A DNA stretch of 64,000 nucleotides from Acidimicrobiia bacterium (GTDB lineage: Bacteria > Actinomycetota > Acidimicrobiia > IMCC26256 > JACDBD01). The notes beneath the pieces were generated by a model, which was given only the letters and a program-made list of their open reading frames with translations, ran no database searches and had not been told where the DNA came from. The stretch is from positions 3,769 to 67,768 of the forward strand of contig JBPCMN010000058.1 in the NCBI GenBank assembly GCA_051002235.1, in the 5' to 3' direction. Position numbers and translations under genes: made by a program. Below are positions 6,868-14,347 of the stretch, piece after piece. Each line of letters begins with the position of its first letter. The first letter of the stretch is position 1.

Positions 6868-8943
6868 ATGAGCCCAACAAAGAGCAGCGTCGACGACTTT
6901 CTCTCCGTGGCGGCAGCCGCTGACTACCTAGGCGTATCTCCGCAGACGCTCCGTCGGTGGGATCAGAGCGGGAAGCTTCCTGCGACGCGCCGACCAGGCA
7001 GCAACTACCGCTACTACCAGCGGACGCAGCTGGAGGAGTACCGCCTCCAGTACATGCACGCGGATACGTCTGGCGCCGACATCGGTGGCATCTTCAGCAA
7101 GCCCGCGAATATTGCTGAGAACCAGCGCCTTCGTGAGCCGCAACGCGGTGCGTACAAGGCCGTGCGGGAGCACTTCGCGCATTCGACGGATCCGGCGATG
7201 CTCGTCATCCCAGTGGGATGCGGCAAGACCGGCGTCATTTCCACGCTGCCCTTCGGGATCGCGCACGGTCGCGTCCTCGTGATCGCTCCGAACCTCACGA
7301 TCCGCAAGGGCATTACAGATGCCCTCGATATCGCCAGCACGGACTGCTTCTGGGCAAAGGCGCGCGTGCTTAGCGACTTTCAGGACGGTCCGTACACGGC
7401 CGTACTAGATGGTCCGGACGCGAACATCCATGACTGCACCGAAAGCCACTTCGTCGTCACGAACATTCAACAGCTGGCGAGTAGCGCTGACCGATGGCTG
7501 CCGCAGTTCCCGCCAAACTTCTTCGATCTCATCCTTATTGACGAGGGCCACCACTCTGCTGCAGAGAGCTGGAAGAAGGTGCTCCGCCGATTTCCTGACG
7601 CGAAGGTTGTCAGCCTCACGGCCACACCATTCCGCGGCGATCGCCAGCCCCTTCCCGGTGAAGTGATCTACCGATATTCGTTCACGCGCGCCATGATGCA
7701 CGGCTACATCAAGCAACTCTCAAGTATCAACGTCGCGCCATCGGAAGTCTCGTTCCGATTCCGGGGAGACGAGCGCAGGCACACGCTTGAGGAGGTGATG
7801 TCGCTCAGGGAAGAAACGTGGTTCCGTCGCGGCGTTGCTCTCTCACCCGAATGCAACAGGCACATTGTTGAGTCGAGCATCAACCACTGCAACGCAATGC
7901 GAGCTAGAACCGGCGTTGCTCACCAGATCATCGCGTCTGCGTGTTCCGTCGATCACGCGCGGCAAGTGAGGGCACTTTACGAGGAGTGCGGCTATCGCGC
8001 CGCTGCGATTCACAGTCATCTTCCAGATGTCGAACGCGACCAGATCATCAGCGACCTACGGCGCGGCAATCTGGACGCGATCGTTCAGGTGCAAGTGCTT
8101 GGCGAAGGATTCGATCATCCCCCGCTCAGCGTCGCAGCGGTGTTTCGGCCGTTCCGGAGCTTGGCGCCCTACATCCAATTCGTTGGCCGGGCCATGCGAG
8201 TAGTGCACCAGGACGAACCAGATCATCCCGACAACAACGGCTTCATTATTTCGCACGTCGGGCTGAACAACGACGAGCACTGGGAAGACTTCCGCGAGTT
8301 GGACCTTGACGATCAAGAGATGGTTAGGCGATGGCTCGACACCGAAGAGATCGAAATGCTCGAGGGTGGATACGAACGAAGCTCGGGTGAACCGCGTCGG
8401 TTCGATGAGGTTGGCTTGGTCAACACCGAGATCGTCAGTCACTTCATCACTCAGTCCTTCCTCGACCCCGAGGACGATCGTGTGATCGAAGCCCTTCTGG
8501 ACAAGCCCATCGCTGGAGGGCTCCAACTCCGGGCCGTCATATCTGCGGAGAAGCTGCGAGAGGCTCTGCGCGAACAACAGGCATCAGGTGCGCTCGAACC
8601 ATCACCCATCCCCGCCACTCCACAACGTCGCCGCCGGACGGCCAGACGCAGGCTCGTTGAAAGAACCGGCTCCGTGGTGGCGCGAGTTCTCAAGGACGCC
8701 GAACTTTCGCGGCAGGGGCGCAATGTGAGCAAAGCAATGAAGGTTCGTCCTCCCATGTCGAATGTCCAAGCCGTTACGAGGCTCCTGAACACCAAGATCA
8801 ACGAGTCGGTCGGAATTGCATCCAGTTCCCGAAACGAACTGACTGCCGACGAAGCCGAGGAGGCCCTAAGCAGACTCGATCTGCTCGGTGATGAATTGGT
8901 CGAAGAGATCGTGCAGGCGCTGGGCGTCAAGGTTGGCAACTAA
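6868..8943 (+). CDS. excisionase/MerR-type HTH fused to SF2 (ResIII/DEAD-DEAH-like) helicase
   Basis: Track ORF of 691 aa. The N-terminal HTH is LSVAAAADYLGVSPQTLRRWDQSGKLPATRRPGSNYRYY. Helicase motifs present: PVGCGKTGV (I), LILIDEGHH (II), SLTATPFR (III), QVQVLGEGFDHP (V) and QFVGRAMR (VI). The C-terminal ~200 aa carry no motif I recognise. Confidence 0.85.
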   Translation: MSPTKSSVDDFLSVAAAADYLGVSPQTLRRWDQSGKLPATRRPGSNYRYYQRTQLEEYRLQYMHADTSGADIGGIFSKPANIAENQRLREPQRGAYKAVREHFAHSTDPAMLVIPVGCGKTGVISTLPFGIAHGRVLVIAPNLTIRKGITDALDIASTDCFWAKARVLSDFQDGPYTAVLDGPDANIHDCTESHFVVTNIQQLASSADRWLPQFPPNFFDLILIDEGHHSAAESWKKVLRRFPDAKVVSLTATPFRGDRQPLPGEVIYRYSFTRAMMHGYIKQLSSINVAPSEVSFRFRGDERRHTLEEVMSLREETWFRRGVALSPECNRHIVESSINHCNAMRARTGVAHQIIASACSVDHARQVRALYEECGYRAAAIHSHLPDVERDQIISDLRRGNLDAIVQVQVLGEGFDHPPLSVAAVFRPFRSLAPYIQFVGRAMRVVHQDEPDHPDNNGFIISHVGLNNDEHWEDFRELDLDDQEMVRRWLDTEEIEMLEGGYERSSGEPRRFDEVGLVNTEIVSHFITQSFLDPEDDRVIEALLDKPIAGGLQLRAVISAEKLREALREQQASGALEPSPIPATPQRRRRTARRRLVERTGSVVARVLKDAELSRQGRNVSKAMKVRPPMSNVQAVTRLLNTKINESVGIASSSRNELTADEAEEALSRLDLLGDELVEEIVQALGVKVGN

Positions 8944-9176
8944 TGGCCAAGATCCGCCAGGTACTCATTCACGTAAGCGTCCAGACAGCTGCGGCTAAGC
9001 GAAAGTGCTACCGCAAGCCGCGGAACCATCAGATCACGAAGGGACAAGCTTGCCTCGTCGTACGCGAGGGAAGCGCCGGCGGCAGGAAGAACTACTGCGG
9101 AGCGTGTGCCGTCGAGATCCTCGCGATGGCAGAGAGAGACATCCAATCGTTGCGTCGAGCACTCGGTCAGTCCTGA
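8943..9176 (+). CDS. small basic Cys-containing protein (possible zinc-binding), function unknown
   Basis: Track ORF of 77 aa. Its ATG overlaps the helicase stop (TAATG at 8941-8945). It has four Cys residues (C-x14-C-x14-C-x2-C). The third-position G+C bias is consistent with coding in this frame. A competing 68-aa antisense ORF exists at 8940..9146. Confidence 0.45.
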   Translation: MAKIRQVLIHVSVQTAAAKRKCYRKPRNHQITKGQACLVVREGSAGGRKNYCGACAVEILAMAERDIQSLRRALGQS

Positions 9177-9213
9177 CGACCGTGATGTGCGCTGCCTCTA
9201 CGCTGAGCGCCTC

Positions 9214-9963
9214 ATGACGCGCGTCCTAAACCTCGACCTCGACTTCTTTCTTCGGGATGCTGCGCATTGGCGGGGACGGCAGCATGAACGCCTCGACGCC
9301 AACGAGTGCCCTCCGTGGTTGCTCGAAGAAGCGATCTCATTCTTGGAGGACCGCTGCGGGCTTGCTGGCAAACTTCCGGGCTTCGTCGTCGAACACCACG
9401 GTGAGCTGTTTGACCGCTGGCGCAGCGCGATCGACGGGGGACGCTTGAACGTGCCGTTCCATCTGACGCACGTTGATGCTCACGCTGATCTCGGGTTGGG
9501 CGATGCCGGATACGTCTATCTAATGACCAAGTTGCTCTTCGGAGCCCCCAAGAATCGACGGTATCCGGATCCCGACGAGCTGGCGGACGGCAACTGGCTC
9601 GCGTTCGCGATTGCGTGCCGGTGGGTGTCAGCGATGGTCTATGTCTTCAACGATGGCGGTGGCGACGACCTATTCCCGTATCACATGCAGAACTTCGACG
9701 TCACGGCAGACAACATCGAATTAAAGGCGATCCGTCCAGAGGACTGGAAGGCGGTCGAGTACAAGGTCGACAAGCGATCCGCCGTCATCGCCCACCGCGA
9801 GCCGCTCGTTCCGATACAGCAGATGCGGTGGGATTCCTTCGCGACGGATCAGCCTTTCGACGTGATCTGCCTGGCGCAATCACCACCGTTCACTCCGCCT
9901 GAAGCCGACGTCATCTTTGACGAGATCAAGCGCCATTACGTCGACGAGACGGCATTCGCGTAG
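9214..9963 (+). CDS. UPF0489-family protein (arginase/deacetylase-fold, uncharacterised)
   Basis: In-frame ATG inside track ORF 9106..9963. The segments MTRVLNLDLDFF...GFVVEHHGELFDRWRSAI...FHLTHVDAHADLG...GNWLAFAIACRW parallel the motifs I recall from human C5orf22/UPF0489 (VVEDHQEVLPFIYRAIG...LHFDSHPDL...ENWIMPAVYAGH). Confidence 0.75.
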   Translation: MTRVLNLDLDFFLRDAAHWRGRQHERLDANECPPWLLEEAISFLEDRCGLAGKLPGFVVEHHGELFDRWRSAIDGGRLNVPFHLTHVDAHADLGLGDAGYVYLMTKLLFGAPKNRRYPDPDELADGNWLAFAIACRWVSAMVYVFNDGGGDDLFPYHMQNFDVTADNIELKAIRPEDWKAVEYKVDKRSAVIAHREPLVPIQQMRWDSFATDQPFDVICLAQSPPFTPPEADVIFDEIKRHYVDETAFA

Positions 9964-10039
9964 GCGTTTCATGCGCCGTGAATCAGTCAGCGGTGCAAGC
10001 GCTCTTCCGTATCGCATCGACTCGTGTTTCACTAGAAGT

Positions 10040-10076
10040 GGCGCCTCGGGCTCGAGGGAACTTGGCCGGAGGCGCC
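10040..10076 (+). terminator. stem-loop downstream of the helicase operon (possible terminator)
   Basis: GGCGCCTC (10040-10047) pairs with GAGGCGCC (10069-10076). The hairpin lies about 75 nt after the stop of the UPF0489 gene. The loop is long and there is no U tract. Confidence 0.25.
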
Positions 10077-10684
10077 GCTCAGGTGAGCAGGTCTGCGATC
10101 CGGTCAAAAAGCCGGCGGTTCAAAAGCAGTCCACTCACCTCCACCTTGCGGGACTGAACCGCCATCTGTACTTGAGCCGACGACGCAGGACTCGCGGTCC
10201 GGCAACCCGCGGATTCAACGGCTACAAGGGCAGGACGGTTGATCTCGGGCGTTCGCCTAACCAGCCGAAGCCGCAGCAGTCCGTAGCGCTGGCATACGAA
10301 CCGCAGGCCGCGGAGAGGCCGCGAGAGGCCGCGAATCGCCGAGCAACAACCGGGAATGACGGGAACTCCGAATCCAGCGTTTGCGCAGATCAGGCGCCAT
10401 TTCTGCAGTCCGGAAGGTGAAGTGGTGGCGAGCCGGCCTGTACGCCGGACAGTCCGGCGCGGCGCTGGTCCCGGATGACGGGAGCGCCGGGCGCCGACAG
10501 CTGCACATAGCGCGGATCGGTCTCATAGTTCGTTGCTGTCGGCGACGGCTCGACGAAGCCCCCGGCCCGGTACGGGACCGTGGCCACACAAGGCAGGTTG
10601 ACCGAGCGCTCCTCCCACAGTCCTCCCAATAGCCTCGGTAGATCGCGGTAGATCGGGGGTCGTGGCGGTCACTCGGCCGATGGC

Positions 10685-10713
10685 CTCTGATCAGCCCTTT
10701 TCGCTGATCAGAG
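10685..10713 (-). terminator. perfect 11-bp hairpin immediately 3' of tRNA-Arg
   Basis: CTCTGATCAGC (10685-10695) and GCTGATCAGAG (10703-10713) flank a 7-nt loop. The hairpin lies 15 nt downstream of the tRNA 3' end on the minus strand. Confidence 0.4.
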
Positions 10714-10727
10714 CCGATATCCAGCGG

Positions 10728-10799
10728 CGCCCTCGGCAGGATTCGAACCTGCGCACATGGCTCCGGAGGCCACTGCTCTATCCCCTGAGCTACGAGGGC
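10728..10799 (-). tRNA. tRNA-Arg (anticodon CCG)
   Basis: The minus strand reads GCCCTCGTAGCTCAGGGGATAGAGCAGTGGCCTCCGGAGCCATGTGCGCAGGTTCGAATCCTGCCGAGGGCG. It folds as a cloverleaf with acceptor GCCCTCG/CGAGGGC, D arm GCTC/GAGC, anticodon stem GTGGC/GCCAT and T arm GCAGG-TTCGAAT-CCTGC. The anticodon loop is CTCCGGA (U33, anticodon CCG, G37). CCA is not encoded. Confidence 0.92.
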
Positions 10800-10838
10800 A
10801 GGGAAGTCGAGGGTACCAGCGCGACTTCCCGCGAACGC

Positions 10839-11543
10839 CTAGCTCAACGTGCCCTGGAGCTCCAGCGCGAGGATCCGGTTGAGCGCGTGCAGGGTCGCCC
10901 GGGCGGCGGCGTCGATCTCGCTCTCGCCGGCAGCGATCCCGTAGCGGTAGGCCTCGGTCTCGGGCGCGTGCAGCGCGACCGCCACGAGGAAGCGGCCGGG
11001 CGACGACGTCTCGATCGTGCGCGCCCACGCCGGTGCGTAGGGCAGCAGCGTGCTGAACCCCCGCACCGCCTCCACGGTCGCGTGGACGGCGGCGACCGGG
11101 CCACCGCTGGCCGACGCCCGCCCGATCGCGCGCCGGTCTCCCCGGGTGAGGTGCACCTCGACCTCGTCGGCCTCTGGGAACACGAGCACCGCCAGCAGGA
11201 CCAGTCGGGGCTCGGGGGCGGCTTCGGTCGCGACCGCGCTCGGAGCGGGCTCCTCGATGCTGACGAACCCCTCGCCGTTCCCCGATGCCCGCGGGTCGGC
11301 CGCGCTCGGAGCGTCGGAGACACCGCTCCCGGCCTCCCGCCAGCGCACCAGCTCTACCGCCACCGGCTGCTCCGAGTGGCGGGCGGCGATCCGCGACGCC
11401 TGGAGCGCGAGCCCCGAGTCGCCGGGGTCGTCGCGACCTCCCGCGTGCACCTGCACGAACAGCATGTCGTCGCGCTCGCTGAACCCGGCCGCGCGCACGC
11501 CCGGGAGCTTGCGGAGCTCGAGCTCGAGGTCGTCGAGGTTCAT
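10839..11543 (-). CDS. hypothetical protein (downstream of GGDEF gene)
   Basis: Internal ATG (11543-11541) of track ORF 10839..11897, beginning MNLDDLELELRKLPGVRAAGF. The longer ORF would overlap the GGDEF gene. I recognise no motif. A 9-bp hairpin (GGGAAGTCG/CGACTTCCC, about 10801-10830) follows the stop. Confidence 0.55.
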   Translation of the reverse strand: MNLDDLELELRKLPGVRAAGFSERDDMLFVQVHAGGRDDPGDSGLALQASRIAARHSEQPVAVELVRWREAGSGVSDAPSAADPRASGNGEGFVSIEEPAPSAVATEAAPEPRLVLLAVLVFPEADEVEVHLTRGDRRAIGRASASGGPVAAVHATVEAVRGFSTLLPYAPAWARTIETSSPGRFLVAVALHAPETEAYRYGIAAGESEIDAAARATLHALNRILALELQGTLS

Positions 11544-11583
11544 GGTCACGTCCTCTCCGCGCTCACGCGCCGTCCCGTCTCGC

Positions 11584-12486
11584 TCATTCGGGACGACGCT
11601 TCTTCGCCGCGTACAGGCGTTCGTCCGCCAGTCGGAACAACGTGTCGAACTCGTCGGCCTCGGTGGGGCAGACAGCGAGACCGTACGAGAACGGCGGCGC
11701 CGGTGCACCGGTCGGGTCGGCGGCGTGGACGCGCTCGAGGAGCCCGGGCACGTCGCCGGGGTTGGTGTTGGGGAGGATGAGACCGAACTCGTCGCCACCG
11801 ATGCGGGCGGCGTCGTCCCCGAATCGCAGCACCCGCCGGAACCGGTCGGCGAGCGACCGCAGCGCGTCGTCACCGGCGGCGTGACCGTGCTGGTCATTGA
11901 GGGCCTTGAACGCGTCGAGGTCGAGGATCACCAACGTGAACGGCCAGTTGTAGCGCCGGCTGCGGGCGACCCCGTTCTCGAGCAGGCGGTCGAAGCTGCG
12001 CCGGTCGTACAGCCCGGTGAGCGGGTCGTGCCAGGCGTCGTAGCGCAGGAAGTCGAGGCGCAGGGCGATCAGGCACACGTCGACGACGAGGACGTCGTCG
12101 AGGTCGCGTACGTCAGGGTCGGTGTACAGACCGGTCTTGGCATCGAGCAGGACGACCGAGCCGTTGTCGAGGGGTTGGCGTCCCGCTCGGAAGATCTGGC
12201 GGCCCAGCCCGGGCTCGTCGATCACGAGGACGGCGTCGTCGAGGTCGTAATAGGCGACGATGTCGTCGAGGGCGCGATACAAGATGCCGATGCCGGACGC
12301 GTTCGGACGGGCGAGCTCGCGGACCAGGTCTGCGCCAAGCTCGGACATCGCCGACGGGGCGTGGGGCGGGTCCGGCGGCGGGTCGGGGGAGGGGAGCACC
12401 GGTGGTGGCACGGGACCGTAGGCATCGTCCGGTACCGGCTGGAGGGCGCGCGCCACGGATCGTCCGCGCCCCCTGCGTCGAACCAC
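11584..12486 (-). CDS. GGDEF-domain diguanylate cyclase with N-terminal sensor-like region
   Basis: Track ORF of 300 aa, containing DPLTGLYDRRSF...LVILDLDAFKALND...RIGGDEFGLIL...ADERLYAAKKRR. The start is uncertain; an alternative ATG at 12348 gives MSELGADL. Confidence 0.85.
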   Translation of the reverse strand: MVRRRGRGRSVARALQPVPDDAYGPVPPPVLPSPDPPPDPPHAPSAMSELGADLVRELARPNASGIGILYRALDDIVAYYDLDDAVLVIDEPGLGRQIFRAGRQPLDNGSVVLLDAKTGLYTDPDVRDLDDVLVVDVCLIALRLDFLRYDAWHDPLTGLYDRRSFDRLLENGVARSRRYNWPFTLVILDLDAFKALNDQHGHAAGDDALRSLADRFRRVLRFGDDAARIGGDEFGLILPNTNPGDVPGLLERVHAADPTGAPAPPFSYGLAVCPTEADEFDTLFRLADERLYAAKKRRPE

Positions 12487-12679
12487 GTCGGTACGTCCCC
12501 TCCGCGGTCCGGCCCTGCCGGCCGTTGCCGCTGCGCTCCGCCCCCACGACGTCCCGCCTCCGCGAGACTCGGGTGAGAATAGCGGCGTTTACCACGCCCC
12601 GCGCGCAAACGCGAATGCCTCCCGGCAAATCGGGCACGATCGGTACCATGATTCGCGCGCTCTGCGCGCAATTTGTCCC

Positions 12680-14347
12680 ATGATCCGCGACGAGATCGTC
12701 CAGGCCCTGCGCGCCGCGCTGGCGGCGACCGGCTTGCCCGAGCCGGCGGGCGACCTCGCGCTCGAAACGCCCAAACTGCGCGAACACGGCGACTGGTCGT
12801 CGAACGTGGCGCTCCAGGTCGCCAAGCAGGCCGGTCGCCCGCCGCGGGAGGTCGCGCAGGAGCTCGCCGACGCGCTCGCGGCCAACCCGCCCGCGAACGT
12901 CGCCCGGGTCGAGATCGCCGGCCCCGGCTTCCTCAACCTGCACCTCGCCCCGACGTGGTTGCACGACGTGCTCCGCGCGGTGGTCGCGGCCGGGGACGAG
13001 TACGGACGGGGCGAGAGCCTCGCCGGCGGGCGCCTCAACCTCGAGTTCGTGTCGGCCAACCCCACCGGGCCCCTGCACGCCGGTGGGGGTCGCTGGGTCG
13101 CGGTCGGCGACGCCATCGCCAATCTCCTCGATGCCCAGGGCGCGAGCGTCCACCGCGAGTACTACCTGAACGACGCCGGCAACCAGCTCGACACCTTCGG
13201 CGCCTCGCTCCTCGCCCGGTACGAGGGACGGGAGCCGCCCGAGGACGGCTACCAGGGCGAGTACCTGGTCGAGATGGCGGCCCGGATGCGGGCCGAGCTC
13301 GGCGCCGGGGTGACCGAAGAGGAGGCGCGCGAGTGGGGATACCGCGAGGCCGTCCGGATGCTCCGGGAGGACCTCGCCCGCATCGGCGTCGAGTTCGACA
13401 CCTGGTTCTCGGAGCGCACCCTGCACGAGCGGGGCGAGGTCGCCGACGTGCTGAAGGTGCTGGGCGAGCGGGGTCACACCTACGAGCAGGACGGCGCGAC
13501 CTGGCTGCGGTCCACCACCTTCGGCGACCAGCGCGACCGGGTGCTGGTCAAGAGCGACGGTTCGACCACCTATCTCGCCAACGACCTCGCCTACCACCGC
13601 GACAAGTTCGTGCGGGGCTGGGACCACCTCATCGACATCTGGGGCGCCGACCACCACGGCCAGGTGAAATCGCTCCAGGCGGGCACGGAGGCGCTGGGCT
13701 TCCCGGCCGGGGAGCCCGAGGTGATCCTGGGCCAACTGGTCCGGCTCCAGCGCGGCGGCGAGCCGGTGCGGATCTCGAAGCGGGCCGGGAACATCGTCAC
13801 CCTGGCCGACATCCTCGACGAGGTCGACCCCGACGTGTGCCGGCTCACCTTCCTGCTCCAGGGCATCGACACCGCCCAGACGTTCGACCTCGACGTGGTG
13901 ACCGCGCAGTCGATGGAGAACCCCGTCTATTACGTGCAGTACGCCCACGCCCGCATCGTCTCGATCGGGCGCAAGGCCGCCGCCGCCGGCGTCGAGCGCC
14001 GTCCGTTGGCTGACGTCGACCTCACACCGCTCGCGCACGAGCGCGAGATCGAGCTCTTGCGCGCGCTCGCGGTCTACCCGGACGTCGTCGCCGAAGCGGC
14101 CGCGCTGCGGGCGCCCCACCGGGTCACGACGTGGGTGCGCGACTTCGCCAAGGACTTCCACGGCTTCTACCGCGACTGCCGCGTCGTCACCGACGATGCC
14201 CCGCTCACCCAGGCGCGACTGTGGCTGATCGAAGCCTGTCGCATCGGCCTGGCCGACGCCCTCGGACTGCTCGGTGTCGGCGCCCCGGACGAGATGGCGC
14301 GCCTCGACGATGATGGCGCAGTTGAGGGAGAGGAAGCGGAAACGTGA
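12680..14347 (+). CDS. argS: arginine--tRNA ligase
   Basis: Track ORF of 555 aa with a class I aaRS arginyl-type sequence (LEFVSANPTGPLHAGGGR ... ISKRAGN). It occupies the conserved position upstream of lysA. Confidence 0.95.
   Translation: MIRDEIVQALRAALAATGLPEPAGDLALETPKLREHGDWSSNVALQVAKQAGRPPREVAQELADALAANPPANVARVEIAGPGFLNLHLAPTWLHDVLRAVVAAGDEYGRGESLAGGRLNLEFVSANPTGPLHAGGGRWVAVGDAIANLLDAQGASVHREYYLNDAGNQLDTFGASLLARYEGREPPEDGYQGEYLVEMAARMRAELGAGVTEEEAREWGYREAVRMLREDLARIGVEFDTWFSERTLHERGEVADVLKVLGERGHTYEQDGATWLRSTTFGDQRDRVLVKSDGSTTYLANDLAYHRDKFVRGWDHLIDIWGADHHGQVKSLQAGTEALGFPAGEPEVILGQLVRLQRGGEPVRISKRAGNIVTLADILDEVDPDVCRLTFLLQGIDTAQTFDLDVVTAQSMENPVYYVQYAHARIVSIGRKAAAAGVERRPLADVDLTPLAHEREIELLRALAVYPDVVAEAAALRAPHRVTTWVRDFAKDFHGFYRDCRVVTDDAPLTQARLWLIEACRIGLADALGLLGVGAPDEMARLDDDGAVEGEEAET

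Noticed and set aside
8940-9146. A 68-aa minus-strand ORF antisense to the small Cys protein.
   Set aside because: It has no coupling to neighbouring genes and lies opposite to all surrounding genes. The plus-strand ORF has a TAATG overlap with the helicase and plausible coding bias. Neither ORF is proven.
9106-9213. An upstream GTG start for the UPF0489 gene, giving 285 aa.
   Set aside because: It would overlap the small Cys-protein ORF by 70 nt. The family-typical N-terminus (LDLDFF) begins right after the ATG at 9214.
9964-10727. I checked whether the ORF-poor region encodes tmRNA, RNase P RNA or a second (pseudo-)tRNA.
   Set aside because: Neither strand has a GGAAAGTCCGG / ACAGAAxxCGGCTTA RNase P core or a tmRNA tag-ORF ending in a tRNA-like CCA arm. 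The T-loop-like strings (GGATTCAACGG, GGCGGTTCAGTCCCGC) lack matching acceptor stems. A covariance-model scan is still advisable.
12113-14161. A 682-aa minus ORF, with overlapping 446-aa plus and 177-aa minus ORFs, across argS.
   Set aside because: These are antisense or out of frame relative to an unmistakable arginyl-tRNA synthetase, and their sequences are Arg/Gly/Pro-rich with no motifs.
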